The notes under the pieces are model-generated. The model was not told where the DNA came from. It ran no database searches and was given only the letters and a program-made list of their open reading frames with translations. 64,000 nt of DNA from an uncultured delta proteobacterium (GTDB lineage Bacteria > Myxococcota > Myxococcia > Myxococcales > Myxococcaceae). Every line of letters starts with the position of its first letter. Position 1 is the stretch's first letter. Below, piece after piece: positions 1-10,746 of the stretch. The position numbers and the translations under genes are program-made. The stretch lies in contig CAVQKE010000006.1 of assembly GCA_963713045.1 (NCBI GenBank), positions 353,356 through 417,355 on the forward strand, written 5' to 3'.

Positions 1-182
1 TGAGTCGCTCCGGGACCGGGAAATCAGCGGGCCTCTGGCAACCTGTGCAACCGGGAGGGACCGAGGAACCCTGGACGCAGCCGGGACGATGGGGATTGGA
101 CAGCCCGGCGACGCCGTTGGGGCCATGCTCGCCAAGCCCCCGGGTCGGCCTGCGGGGGAACCGTGGCCGCGGGCATTTGCCG

Positions 183-488
183 CTACTGCACTGCGTCTTT
201 GACAGTCACCGCAAACCCGTCTGGGTCGGTGCAATCGACCTCAGGCAGTTGCGGGAACACCATGCCAACACTCAACTGAGGCGATTGGAAGTCGGACGGC
301 ATCGACACGCCGCAGCCCGTGGGGAAGCGGATGGTCACGCCTCTCCGCCCGGCGATGGCAATCGTCTTGCCAGGGACTTCGACTGTCATTTCACCGGTGA
401 TTGCGGTCCTGACCACAACCCAAGCGGTCGATGACTGCCCGCAGCCACACAGAAGGATGAGAGCGGCCCAGCCCATTGTTCTCCGCAT
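183..488 (-). CDS. small putative lipoprotein, unknown function
   Basis: MRR + hydrophobic stretch + lipobox-like LCGC; GGAG-like RBS just upstream; no family recognised. Confidence 0.5.
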   Translation of the reverse strand: MRRTMGWAALILLCGCGQSSTAWVVVRTAITGEMTVEVPGKTIAIAGRRGVTIRFPTGCGVSMPSDFQSPQLSVGMVFPQLPEVDCTDPDGFAVTVKDAVQ

Positions 489-760
489 CGGTGCTCTCCT
501 GCAGACGTCAATGCGAGCTTAGGTCTCCTCAACCCATCTCGAAAGAGTGTCCGGCAAGTGGGATGGCAGCGGCCGCAGGCCGTAGGGCGGATGCCGTGTG
601 GCAGGCGGACCAACGCAGGCAATAGGGGCGGAGCTCCAGGGTGGGCTGTCACAAGCACTTAGTCACGTCCGCCGCTTATGACCCGGACATTTACAAAGCT
701 ACTACAGGGCTGCAGGGTGGGCTTGCCCCCTACGCCGCCGCGCTGACAGCATGCGTGGCC

Positions 761-1051
761 ATGACGTTTCTCGTTCTTGGCTACGACGGGGCAGACCCAG
801 AAGCCCCGGCCCGACGCGCCGCAGCCCGCAGTGCGCACCTCGCCACCGCCCAGCGCCTCAAGACGGCAGGGCACTTCCTCGAGGGAGGCGCCATTGTCGA
901 CGACGCTGGGAAAATGGTGGGCTCGATGCTGCTGATGGAGTTCCCCACCCGTGCCGAGCTCGACGCCTGGCTGGTCTCCGACGCCTATTCGGTGGGCGGC
1001 GTCTGGAAGGACGTCACCGTGCGTCCCTTCCGCCGCGTCCACTTCGACTAA
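761..1051 (+). CDS. YciI family protein
   Basis: From ATG 761: FLVLGYD..RAAARSAHL..GGAIVDDAGKMVGSMLLMEF..DAYSVGGVW matches the YciI pattern including the conserved His. Confidence 0.88.
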   Translation: MTFLVLGYDGADPEAPARRAAARSAHLATAQRLKTAGHFLEGGAIVDDAGKMVGSMLLMEFPTRAELDAWLVSDAYSVGGVWKDVTVRPFRRVHFD

Positions 1052-1261
1052 GGCGCAGGACACCAACCGCCGGCACCTCGAGGACGCGCTTCATCGTCCC
1101 CTTCCCAGTCACACCTTGAGGCGGAAGAGGAATCTGGCGGGTCCAGCAGTCCGCAGAAGCACGTCGAAATGTTCGCGCCCCGCCGCTTGCCCCTGTTGAG
1201 ACGTCGGTGCGACGCTGGACAACTGACAACCTTTGCAAACATCCGTCGTCTGGGGGTGTGA

Positions 1262-3778
1262 GTGAGCGGAGAGAGGGACGCCGGGGGCGCGGCAGGCCGC
1301 GCCGACTCCCCGGCTGATGAGGCGGCTTCGAAGACAGTGGTGCGCCCCAAGACGGATGAAACCCTCGGGCTCGCAGAGTCCGGCCAAGACACGCCCGCCA
1401 GCGCGGGTGGGGACTTGCCGCGTCTTCGGCCGGGCGAGCAACTGGCTGGACGCTTCGTGGTGCTGCGGTTCATCGCCCGCGGCGGAATGGGCGCAGTCTA
1501 CGAAGCCAATGACGTCATGCTGCACACCCGGGTGGCTCTCAAAGTCCTCCAGGGCCAGGTAACCGCAGATGCGGCGGCCATGGAGCGCTTCCAACGCGAG
1601 GTGCTTCTGGCGCGCCGCGTTTCCCACCCCCACGTCTGCCGCGTCTATGAATTTTACCAGTCGACGACGGCCGGCGGCGTCCCGATTCACTTTCTCACCA
1701 TGGAGTACCTGGAGGGAGAGACGCTGGCCTCGCGCATCGCCCGCACCGGGCGGCTTTCGACGGCAGAAGCGCTGCCGTTGGTGACGCAGATGTGCGAAGG
1801 CCTGGCCGCTGCCCACGCCGAAGGCGTCATCCACCGCGACTTCAAAAGCGCCAATGTCATGCTGGTTCAGCGTCCGGGCGACTCCGGCAGCGCGACGCGG
1901 GTGGTCATCACCGACTTTGGCATCGCGCGTGTCTTCGAAGGTGGCGCCGAAGCGCCTGCCCCGGGCCTCACCGGAGGCGCTGGCATCCTCGGGACGCCTG
2001 AGTACATGGCGCCGGAGCAGGTGACGGGCGGCACCGTCTCACCGGCGACGGACGTCTACGCGCTGGGCATTGTCCTTTATGAAATGGTCACCGGCCGGCT
2101 GCCTTTCTCCGGGGAGACGCCGTTGGCCACTGCGGCCCGTCGCATCAATGAGGCGGCTCCTCGCCCGGAGCTTGCGGCCCCTGGCCTGGATTCCCGCTGG
2201 AGTCAGACCATTCTCCGCTGTTTGGACCGCGACCCCCGGCGACGTTTTCAAAACGCCGCGGATGTCCCACCGGCCCTCTCCAAGGTGAGGGGGAGGCCAA
2301 GCTGGCTTCTGCCAAGCGCGGTGGCGCTCCTCCTGGTGGCTGTGCTCGCCCTGGGGATTCGGGTTTTGCAGCGGGCAACGACGCCGGCAGTGGCGCCGGC
2401 GGCGTCGGTGGCCGCACAGCCCTCCATCGCCGTCCTGGCCTTTGCAGACATGAGCCCCGAGCACAACCAGGAGTACTTCTCCGACGGCTTGGCCCAGGAA
2501 ATTATTGATGCCTTGGCCCAAATCCCTGGGCTGCATGTCGCCGCTCGCTCCTCCTCCTTTTCCTTCAAAGGCAAGAACGAGGACCTGCGCACTGTGGGGC
2601 AAAAGCTGGACGTGGCCAATGTCCTCGAAGGCAGCGTCCGCAAGTCAGGCTCCCATTTGCGCGTGACCGCGCAGCTGGTGAATGCAGCCAGCGGCTATCA
2701 GCTGTGGTCGCAGACGTTCGACCGCGAGTTGGCCGACGTCTTCGCGGTGCAGGACGAGATTTCACACGCGGTGGTGTCCGCTCTGAAATTAAAAGTCCTT
2801 CCCAACACCGATGCGGCGGCACCTCGACCGGTGACCAACCCCGAGGCGTACACCCACTACCTCCGCGGGCTGCAGCTGGAGAACACCGGGTCCGCCTCCG
2901 GGCTGCAGGGCGCGGTGGAGGAATACCGACGCGCCCTGGTCCTGGACCCAAGTTACGCGCCGGCCCACGCCCGGCTGGCCTGGGCACTTTTCTGGTACGC
3001 GAACACCTTTGGGACGGATGAGCAGCAGATGAGGCAGGAGGCCATGGCGGAGGCTCAGCGCGCCGTGGAGCTCGACCCCAGCAGGGGCGATGGGTACCTG
3101 GCGCGAGGGTTTCTGAGGACTGCCACCGCCCGTGATTTCGCCGGCGCTCGCGAAGACTTGGGACGTGCGGTCGCTCTCAGCCCGGGGGACGCGCGAGCGC
3201 GAACTTGGCTCGCGGTCAACAAGGCATCCTTCGGCCAGCTGCCAGAGGCCATTTCCGCCGCGGAAAGTGCGCTCCAGCTCGACCCTCTCTCGGCGGAGAC
3301 GCGTCAGCGGCTCGGCAGCCTGTACAACGCCGCGGGCCAGTATGCCGAGGCGCGAGAGACACTGAAGAAGGCGTTGGACATCGCCCCGCACAATTCTTCG
3401 GTGGTGCGGGAGCTGGCCTTCACGGAACTCTTCGATGGCCACCCACAGAAGACGCTGGCCCTGCTTGGCCAGAGCGACGTTGCGTGGATGAGGGACCTCG
3501 GAAATGCAGTTGCCAACCACAGCCTGGGAAATGCTGTGGCTTCCCAAGCGGCCCTTCAGCACCTCATCGCCAACTTCAGTGGCGGCGCCCCGTACCAGAT
3601 TGCGGAGGTGTACGCCTGGCGGGGTCAGCGCGACCTGGCCATCGAGTGGCTGGCGAAGGCGGTCGCGGGCGATGACCCCGGTGTTGGCTACATCAACTAT
3701 GACCCTTTCATGCGCCCCTTGCGCAGCGACCCGCGCTTCAAGGCCATGCTCCAGTCGCTGAAGCTGCCGACGGACTGA
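1262..3778 (+). CDS. Hanks-type Ser/Thr protein kinase with TM helix, TolB-N-like domain and TPR repeats
   Basis: [23 protein letters not shown] and GTPEYMAPE kinase motifs; TM segment; [25 protein letters not shown] domain; C-terminal TPR-like helices. Confidence 0.95.
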   Translation: MSGERDAGGAAGRADSPADEAASKTVVRPKTDETLGLAESGQDTPASAGGDLPRLRPGEQLAGRFVVLRFIARGGMGAVYEANDVMLHTRVALKVLQGQVTADAAAMERFQREVLLARRVSHPHVCRVYEFYQSTTAGGVPIHFLTMEYLEGETLASRIARTGRLSTAEALPLVTQMCEGLAAAHAEGVIHRDFKSANVMLVQRPGDSGSATRVVITDFGIARVFEGGAEAPAPGLTGGAGILGTPEYMAPEQVTGGTVSPATDVYALGIVLYEMVTGRLPFSGETPLATAARRINEAAPRPELAAPGLDSRWSQTILRCLDRDPRRRFQNAADVPPALSKVRGRPSWLLPSAVALLLVAVLALGIRVLQRATTPAVAPAASVAAQPSIAVLAFADMSPEHNQEYFSDGLAQEIIDALAQIPGLHVAARSSSFSFKGKNEDLRTVGQKLDVANVLEGSVRKSGSHLRVTAQLVNAASGYQLWSQTFDRELADVFAVQDEISHAVVSALKLKVLPNTDAAAPRPVTNPEAYTHYLRGLQLENTGSASGLQGAVEEYRRALVLDPSYAPAHARLAWALFWYANTFGTDEQQMRQEAMAEAQRAVELDPSRGDGYLARGFLRTATARDFAGAREDLGRAVALSPGDARARTWLAVNKASFGQLPEAISAAESALQLDPLSAETRQRLGSLYNAAGQYAEARETLKKALDIAPHNSSVVRELAFTELFDGHPQKTLALLGQSDVAWMRDLGNAVANHSLGNAVASQAALQHLIANFSGGAPYQIAEVYAWRGQRDLAIEWLAKAVAGDDPGVGYINYDPFMRPLRSDPRFKAMLQSLKLPTD

Positions 3779-3801
3779 CGGGCGTCGAGGCAGGCGGCGC
3801 C

Positions 3802-4779
3802 TTAGGGGCCGCAGGTGGGCGCCTCATCCGTCGGGTAAAACGTGGCGATGCCGTAGCTGCCATTCCGCGTCCCGCACCAAATGCGGTACGGCACTCCGCC
3901 CAAGTCCGAAGCGGCGTAGACGCCCCCGTCCTTGCTGCCGCCAGTGCGGTGACAGCACCGGGCAAAGGCCCGCGTGCCGAGGGCCAGCACCGCGACGGCG
4001 TCATGCTGCGCCGTGAAGCCGCCGACGCGCTTTTTGCCGCAGCCCCAAGGGGAGACGGCGGCAAAGCGGAAGGTGTACTGGCCCTGCTGCAGCACCTGCT
4101 TGCCCGGCACCGGCCCGCCGAAGCACAGCTTTCCTTCGGCTTCCAGCTGCGCGTAGCGCGGCAGGAAGTGCAGCCCCCCAATGGCGGCCCGTGTCCAGTC
4201 ATCCCCACAGAAGACGTGGGTGAAGGCATTGCGAGGGCCGGTGCCCACCCACAGGGACGCCAACCACTCCACGTTGGCCGCCCTGTCTCCAGGGCGACCG
4301 GCCGCGGACAGTGCGCGCTGTAGCCTTTCGTCGTCGAGGTGCGCCGCAACAAAGCGGCGCACGTCCTCCAGGGTGGCCGAAGCGTCTGGCCGGGCCGGGC
4401 ACATGGCCAGCACTTCCCTGTCCGTCGCGGTGAGAACCGGAGGCGCGGGGAACAGGGGTGGACTTGTGCATTGGGTAAGACAGTGGCCGTTGCCTCCCGG
4501 CGCAGGCCCTGGCTGGCCGCCGGCGGGCGGGCCAGCGGCTTCGCACCACACCCAGCCCGGCGCGCCCCCGGACGAAGGGGCCAACTTGCACCAGGCGCCC
4601 CCGGGGCCTCCGCGCTTCAACAGCAGGTAGGACGTCCCGGCCTGCACCTGGAAGACGACGTGGTGGCTGCCCGGTTGCTCCACCGCCTCCGCCGCCTGCG
4701 GCGCCACGTAGGTGGCGCTGTCCGCCTGGGCGAGCGTCCCGAGGAGGCAGAGGAGGAAAACCAGCCGGCGCGTCGTCAT
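3802..4779 (-). CDS. secreted EndoU-domain ribonuclease-like protein
   Basis: Signal peptide MTTRRLVFLLCLLGTLAQA; AFTHVFCG..IGGLHF (two His), KKRVGGF Lys and terminal IATFYP typical of EndoU folds; N-terminal SH3-like segment ending GWVWC. Confidence 0.75.
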   Translation of the reverse strand: MTTRRLVFLLCLLGTLAQADSATYVAPQAAEAVEQPGSHHVVFQVQAGTSYLLLKRGGPGGAWCKLAPSSGGAPGWVWCEAAGPPAGGQPGPAPGGNGHCLTQCTSPPLFPAPPVLTATDREVLAMCPARPDASATLEDVRRFVAAHLDDERLQRALSAAGRPGDRAANVEWLASLWVGTGPRNAFTHVFCGDDWTRAAIGGLHFLPRYAQLEAEGKLCFGGPVPGKQVLQQGQYTFRFAAVSPWGCGKKRVGGFTAQHDAVAVLALGTRAFARCCHRTGGSKDGGVYAASDLGGVPYRIWCGTRNGSYGIATFYPTDEAPTCGP

Positions 4780-4937
4780 GGGGCCCCATCCACCAGGGTG
4801 CCCGGGCATGGACGAAGTGTCTACGCGGCCCGGCGGGCTTGGGACTGAAACGGGGGGCTTGACGCGCCCTGCACGGGCGTTCAGAAATGCGGGCCCCCCT
4901 GTACGGACCCGGGGACTTCGCTGACAGGTGGAATTGC

Positions 4938-7900
4938 ATGGGCGCCCCGCAGATGCCGCTTTTGTTTTCGCGAAGCCCGGCCGCTGCCGCTGACGGACTG
5001 GCCCCCTTCCACCCCCTCGTCCAGCGGTGGTTTTCCACTCGGCTGGGCAGCCCCTCCGCGCCTCAGCAGCGGGGCTGGCCGCCCATTTTGGAGGGCCGGG
5101 ACGTCCTTCTCGCCGCCCCCACCGGGTCCGGCAAGACGCTGGCGGCCTTCCTGGTCGCCTTGGACAGACTGTTTCGCCTCGCCCTCACCGCCGAGTTGGG
5201 AGAGCACACCCACGTCCTCTACGTCTCTCCGCTGAAAGCCCTCGGCAATGACGTCCAGAAAAACCTGCTGCAGCCGCTGGAGGAACTGTACGCCTTGGCG
5301 GCGGCCGAAGGCCTCTGCCCGGAGGGCATACGCGTCCAGGTGCGCACCGGGGACACGCCCGCCGCGGAGCGCGCCCAAATGCTGCGCCGCCCTCCGCACA
5401 TTCTGATTACGACGCCTGAGTCGCTGTACCTGCTCCTCACTGCGCCACGCGCCCGGGCCACGCTGGCCCGGGTGGACACCGTCATTGTGGATGAAATTCA
5501 TGCCCTGGCCCGGGACAAGCGCGGCAGCCACTTCTCTCTGTCCCTCGAAAGGTTGAAGCACCTCACCGGAGCGCGCCCCCAACTCATCGGCCTGTCGGCC
5601 ACGGTGCGCCCGTTGGAAGACTTCGCGGCCTTCCTCACCGGCGGGCGGGCCGATGCCTGCGCAGTGGTGGAGGTGGGGCATCTGCGCACGTGGCAGCTGT
5701 CACTGGAGACGCCCGAGGAGGAACTCTCCGCGGTGGCCACCCATGAGATGTGGGGCCAGGTTTATGACCGGCTGGTGCAGCTTGTTTCAGAAAACCGCAC
5801 CACCCTCATCTTCACCAACACCCGGAAGCTGGCCGAGCGCGTGGCGCACGACTTGGGGCTCCGCATTGGCGCTGCCCTGGTCTCGGCCCACCACGGCAGC
5901 ATGGCGCGGGAATTGCGGCTGGCTGCCGAACAAAAGCTGAAGTCCGGCCAACTGAAGGCCATGGTGGCCACCGCTTCGTTGGAACTGGGCATCGACATTG
6001 GTTCAGTGGACGTCGTCGTCCAGCTGGCCAGTCCGCGCGCCTTGGGGACGTTTCTTCAGCGGGTGGGCCGCGCCGGCCACCATTTGGCCGGCGTCAGTAA
6101 GGGCCTTCTGCTGGCCCTCACCCGGGACGAATTGGTGGAGTCCGCGGCGCTGGTGCGCGCCGTCCAGGAAGGGAAGCTGGACGCGGTGGCCATTCCCCAG
6201 GCGCCGCTGGACGTGCTGGCGCAGCAGCTGGTGGCCGCCTGCAGCGTCGAGAGTTGGGATGAGCGCGCGCTGTATGCCCTGGTGCGGCGCGCCTGGCCCT
6301 ACCGCAACCTCCCTTGGGAGGCCTACCAGGACGTGGTGCGCATGCTGGCCGAGGGCGTGGCCCCGCGCGGCCCAAACCGGGCGCTGCTGCACCGGGACCG
6401 GGTGCACCAGCAGCTGAAGGCGCGCCGCGGGGCGCGCCTCACGGCCGTCTTCAATGCCGGGGCCATTCCGGACACGTTTACCTACCCGGTGGTGGCCGAG
6501 CCCGAAGGCCGCCAGGTGGGCACGCTGGACGAGGACTACGCCGTCGAGTCCATGGCCGGAGACATTTTTCTCCTCGGCAGCACGTCCTGGCGCATTCAAA
6601 GCATTCGCGGCGGGACGGTGCGGGTGGAGGACGCCCACGGGGCGCCCCCGTCCGTCCCCTTCTGGCGCGGAGAGGCGCCGGGGCGCACCGATGAGCTTTC
6701 GGTCGAAGTGGGACGTCTGCGCCAGGAGGCGGTGGCTTCCGCGGACGTCGAGTCGCTGCGGGCAGCCTGTGCCCTGACCGAATCGGGGGTGGACAGCCTG
6801 TTGCGTTACCTCCGCGCGGCCGAGGGCATTTTGGGGGCGCTGCCCACCACCGACACCATCGTCGCCGAGCGCTTCTTTGACGAAGCCGGCGGAATGCAGC
6901 TGTGCCTGCACGCGCCCTTTGGCAGCCGCATCAACCGCGCCTGGGGCCTCGCACTGCGCAAGCGCTTCTGCCGGACGTTTGACTTCGAGTTGCAGGCCGC
7001 CGCCACCGACGACGGCATTCTCCTCTCGCTCGGCGAGCAGCACAGCTTCCCGCTTCAGGACATTTTTGAATTTCTCCACCCGGACACGGTGGAGGCGGTG
7101 CTGGTGCAGGCGGTGCTGCAGAGCCCCCTCTTCGGCACCCGCTTCCGCTGGAATGCCACCCGGGCGCTGGCGCTTCAGCGCTTCCAAAATGGCCAGCGGG
7201 TGCCTCCGCAAATTCAGCGCGCCCGCAGCGACAGCTTGCTGGCAGCCGTCTTCCCAGCCCAAACCGGCTGTCAGGACAACCACGGCGGCGGCGACGTGGA
7301 ACTTCCCGACCATCCCCTCATCCAGCAGACGGTGCAGGACTGCCTCCGGGAGGCCCTCGACGTGGACGGCCTGAAGGCGGTCCTGCAGCGCCTCCGCGCC
7401 GGCACCCTCCGCACCGTCGCCGTGGACTTGCCAGAGCCATCTCCACTGGCGCATGCCCTCCTCAACAGCCAGCCGTACACCTTCCTCGACGACGCGCCGC
7501 TGGAGGAGCGCCGGGCGCGCGCGGTGCAAGTGCGCCGCTCGCTTCCGGCCGAAGACGCCAGGGCCATGGGGGCGTTGGACGCCGACGCCATTGTTTCCGT
7601 CGTCACCGACGCCCGGCCCCTGGTGCGCGACGCGGATGAATTGCACGAAGTGCTGGTGCAAGGCGTGCTGGTGCCGGAGGAGGGGCTGGACAGCGTCTTC
7701 CTCGCCACGCTTCTGGCCAGTGGCCGCGCCGCACGCCTGTCGGCAGGCGAGCGCCACTTCGTCGTCGCCGCAGAGCGCGTGGCCCACGCCCAGGCCCTTT
7801 TTCCAAGCGGCACCCTGACCCCGCCGCTGCAGCCCCTGCCGGAAGACGGCCCGGTGCAAGCCGAAGCGGCGGTCCTGGCCTGCGTGCGTGGGCGGATGGA

Positions 7901-9227
7901 AGTGGCGGGCCCGGTGACGGCCACCGGACTGGCCCTGGCGCTTGCCCTTCCGCCCGAAGACGTCAGCCTGGCGCTGCACGCGCTGGAAGCAGAAGGCACA
8001 CTGCTGCGAGGCCATTTCCGCCCCAGTCAGCCTGTGGATGCGGAACTCGAATGGTGTGACCGAATTCTGTTGCAGCGCATTCACCGCCTCACCGTGGGGC
8101 GGCTGCGGCGGGAGATTGAGCCGCTTTCCGCCAGCGACTTCATGCGCTTCCTCTTCCGTTGGCACCGGCTGCTGCCGGGGGAGGCCCTGCGGGGCCAAGT
8201 CGGCCTTCTCAAGGCTGTTGCCCTGTTGGAAGGCGTGGAGGCCCCGGCGGCTGCGTGGGAGCAAGCGCTGCTGCCGGCCCGGGTGCAGGGGGACGTCGGT
8301 CTGCTTCTGGAACAGGCCTGCTGGCGCGGAGAAGTCGCCTGGGGCCGTCTGTGTCTGCGCGAGGCCAAGGCGGTGGGCCCCCGCCGGGGGGCGGAGGTGG
8401 AAGTGCCACTGCGCCGGGTCCCGTCCTTAACCCGCGTCGCCACCCTGTCGTTTTTCCGTCGGGCCCGCATGGACGCGCTGTTGGCTGCCGCGCGGCCCGA
8501 CTTGTCCACGGACGGCGAACCCTGGTTGCCGGAAGACTTGGAAGGCGCCGCCCTGGACGTGGGCCGCGCCCTCATCCGCCGCGGTGCGTGCTTCTTTGCG
8601 GACTTGTTGGCCACCACCCGGCGCTCTCCGGAGGAAGTGGAGGACGCGCTGTGGCAGCTGTTGGCGCGCGGCGTGGTGACGGCGGACGCGGTGGAGAATT
8701 TGCGCGTCCTGCAAAGCCCCAAGCGCCGGCGGCAGCAGAAGGCCGAAAAGCGTGGGGGGCCCGGGCGGTGGACGCTGCTGCTTTGCACCCAGGTGCCGCC
8801 GGCCGAGGAGAGGCACCGGGCGCTGGCGGAACTTTTCCTTCAACGCTGGGGCATTGTGTTTCGGGACTTGGTGGCCCGCGAGGCGCTGGCCCCGCCCTGG
8901 CGGGTGCTGGCTTCCCTCTACCGGCGCATGGAAGCGCGCGGAGAAGTCCGGGGCGGCCGCTTCGTCGCTGGCGTCAGCGGCGAGCAATTCGCCTTGCCAC
9001 AAGCGGTGGACGGCGCGCGCGCCGTGCGCCGCGCCTCCTCGCGAGGGACGGAGCGGGTGGAAGTTTCCGCGGTGGACCCGCTCAACCTCACCGGCATTGT
9101 GACGCCGGGGCCCCGCATCCCGGCCACCTTGGGCGAGCGGGTGGTGTACGTCGACGGCGTTCCCTTGGCGTTGTCGGCGGAAGTAGGCCCATCCACGCCA
9201 GCGGCCTCTGAGGTGCGCACCGGCTGA
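4938..9227 (+). CDS. lhr: Lhr-family ATP-dependent SF2 helicase, long form with C-terminal winged-helix/AlkZ-like region
   Basis: APTGSGKT, YVSPLKAL, TTPESL, DEIH, LSAT, HHGS, SLELGID, QRVGRAGH; C-terminal GEVRGGRFV..GEQFA and AVDPLNL motifs; start codon uncertain (4887-4953). Confidence 0.92.
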   Translation: MGAPQMPLLFSRSPAAAADGLAPFHPLVQRWFSTRLGSPSAPQQRGWPPILEGRDVLLAAPTGSGKTLAAFLVALDRLFRLALTAELGEHTHVLYVSPLKALGNDVQKNLLQPLEELYALAAAEGLCPEGIRVQVRTGDTPAAERAQMLRRPPHILITTPESLYLLLTAPRARATLARVDTVIVDEIHALARDKRGSHFSLSLERLKHLTGARPQLIGLSATVRPLEDFAAFLTGGRADACAVVEVGHLRTWQLSLETPEEELSAVATHEMWGQVYDRLVQLVSENRTTLIFTNTRKLAERVAHDLGLRIGAALVSAHHGSMARELRLAAEQKLKSGQLKAMVATASLELGIDIGSVDVVVQLASPRALGTFLQRVGRAGHHLAGVSKGLLLALTRDELVESAALVRAVQEGKLDAVAIPQAPLDVLAQQLVAACSVESWDERALYALVRRAWPYRNLPWEAYQDVVRMLAEGVAPRGPNRALLHRDRVHQQLKARRGARLTAVFNAGAIPDTFTYPVVAEPEGRQVGTLDEDYAVESMAGDIFLLGSTSWRIQSIRGGTVRVEDAHGAPPSVPFWRGEAPGRTDELSVEVGRLRQEAVASADVESLRAACALTESGVDSLLRYLRAAEGILGALPTTDTIVAERFFDEAGGMQLCLHAPFGSRINRAWGLALRKRFCRTFDFELQAAATDDGILLSLGEQHSFPLQDIFEFLHPDTVEAVLVQAVLQSPLFGTRFRWNATRALALQRFQNGQRVPPQIQRARSDSLLAAVFPAQTGCQDNHGGGDVELPDHPLIQQTVQDCLREALDVDGLKAVLQRLRAGTLRTVAVDLPEPSPLAHALLNSQPYTFLDDAPLEERRARAVQVRRSLPAEDARAMGALDADAIVSVVTDARPLVRDADELHEVLVQGVLVPEEGLDSVFLATLLASGRAARLSAGERHFVVAAERVAHAQALFPSGTLTPPLQPLPEDGPVQAEAAVLACVRGRMEVAGPVTATGLALALALPPEDVSLALHALEAEGTLLRGHFRPSQPVDAELEWCDRILLQRIHRLTVGRLRREIEPLSASDFMRFLFRWHRLLPGEALRGQVGLLKAVALLEGVEAPAAAWEQALLPARVQGDVGLLLEQACWRGEVAWGRLCLREAKAVGPRRGAEVEVPLRRVPSLTRVATLSFFRRARMDALLAAARPDLSTDGEPWLPEDLEGAALDVGRALIRRGACFFADLLATTRRSPEEVEDALWQLLARGVVTADAVENLRVLQSPKRRRQQKAEKRGGPGRWTLLLCTQVPPAEERHRALAELFLQRWGIVFRDLVAREALAPPWRVLASLYRRMEARGEVRGGRFVAGVSGEQFALPQAVDGARAVRRASSRGTERVEVSAVDPLNLTGIVTPGPRIPATLGERVVYVDGVPLALSAEVGPSTPAASEVRTG

Positions 9228-9292
9228 GGCCCCGAAGCCCCAGTGGCGCGGAGTATTCTCCAGGGGGGCCGTCCCTCCCCACCCTAGAGAGA

Positions 9293-10591
9293 ATGCACCC
9301 ACTCCCTCGTCTTGCCCTCGGCCTTCTGCTTCTGGCTGGCCCCGAGGCCTTTGCCGTCAACCACGTCGCCTATTATGGCGGTCCCGTCGTCTCCAACCCC
9401 AGTGTGGTGGCCGTCTCCTGGGGGCCCAACGTGGACGTCAACGTCGCCAACGGCATGCCGTCCTTCTACGCCTCCATTCTGCAAAGCCCCTACCTCGACT
9501 GGTTGAGTGAATATTCGACGGTGGGGTTGACAGGCCTCCTCAACCCCGACGCCGGCACCAACCAGCGCATTGGCCGAGGCAAATTTTTCGGCAGCTACAC
9601 CATTACCCCCAGTAACCCGAGCGTCTTTCTCTCCAACACCGACGTCCTGACAGAATTGCAGTCGCAAATTGCGGCCGGCAATTTGCCGCCGCCGCAGCTG
9701 GACGCCGAAGGCCTCGCCAACACCGTGTACATGGTGAATTTCCCACCCGGCATCAGCCTGACGGCCCCCGCCGGCCAAAGCTGCACCTTCCCCGGTGGTT
9801 TCTGCGGGACTTCGGACACCCTCAGCGTTGGAAGCCAAACCGCGGGCGTCGGCCTCATTCCGGACCAGAGTGACGCCGGAAGCTGCTTCGGCCAGTGCGG
9901 CGGCGACAGCGACTACTTCAACGACGCCACCGAAGTGCATTCGCACGTGCTGCTGAACCTCGTCACCAACGTCGGCGACGGGTTGTGGAAGCAGGGCGGC
10001 AACGCGTTGGTTGGCCCCCCGCTGGCCTGGTACAGCGTCGGCGGCGCCGAAAACCAAGTTGCGGACCTCTGCAACTTCCAGCCGGCCGTCGTTTCAGGCT
10101 TCGTCGTCGAGGAAGGCTGGTCCAACCTCCAGGGGGCGTGCGTCTCTCAGCCGGCCAACCCCCTCCCGGTATGCACCGCCGGCGCCACCTACTGCCAACA
10201 GTGCAGCACCACCGATGTCGGCCAGGACGGGGGCTGCACCGGGACGACGTCCTTTTGCGAGACGGACAACAGCAACGCTTCCTTCGGCCAGTGCGTCGGC
10301 TGCACCGTCAGCCAGGGCTGCTCCGGAACCGCGCCCGTCTGTACCCAGGGCGGCACCGGGAATGACACCTGCCGCGGCTGCAATGGGGACGCCGAGTGCA
10401 CCACCAACGCCGCGGGCCCGTATTGCCAAACCTCAGGGGCATGCGGCCCGCAGCCGGCCTCTGCCCCTGGAAAGTCCGGCGGCTGCTCCAGTCCTGGCGG
10501 TTCGGTATCCCTGGTGGCCTTATTGGCGGCGTGGGGGCCGCTGGTGCGACGGCGGCGGTTGGCGTCCGTCCGCCGAAGCCGGAAGGACTGA
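9293..10591 (+). CDS. secreted Cys-rich protein with MYXO-CTERM sorting signal
   Basis: Signal peptide; YYGGPVV..VAVSWG N-terminal domain; Cys-rich repeats; C-terminal KSGGCSS-hydrophobic-RRRR. Confidence 0.85.
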   Translation: MHPLPRLALGLLLLAGPEAFAVNHVAYYGGPVVSNPSVVAVSWGPNVDVNVANGMPSFYASILQSPYLDWLSEYSTVGLTGLLNPDAGTNQRIGRGKFFGSYTITPSNPSVFLSNTDVLTELQSQIAAGNLPPPQLDAEGLANTVYMVNFPPGISLTAPAGQSCTFPGGFCGTSDTLSVGSQTAGVGLIPDQSDAGSCFGQCGGDSDYFNDATEVHSHVLLNLVTNVGDGLWKQGGNALVGPPLAWYSVGGAENQVADLCNFQPAVVSGFVVEEGWSNLQGACVSQPANPLPVCTAGATYCQQCSTTDVGQDGGCTGTTSFCETDNSNASFGQCVGCTVSQGCSGTAPVCTQGGTGNDTCRGCNGDAECTTNAAGPYCQTSGACGPQPASAPGKSGGCSSPGGSVSLVALLAAWGPLVRRRRLASVRRSRKD

Positions 10592-10746
10592 AGCGCGGTG
10601 CGGCGCCAAATTCGCAGGAAGCGGTCGGGCTTCTTCCCGCGCCTTGGGGAACGAAATGGACGTCGGGCGTGTTTGCACCCGCAAGCGGTTGCCCCACAGG
10701 GTGGACTGCCCACCCTTCCAAGGGGTTAGGTAGGAGGACGCCGGCG

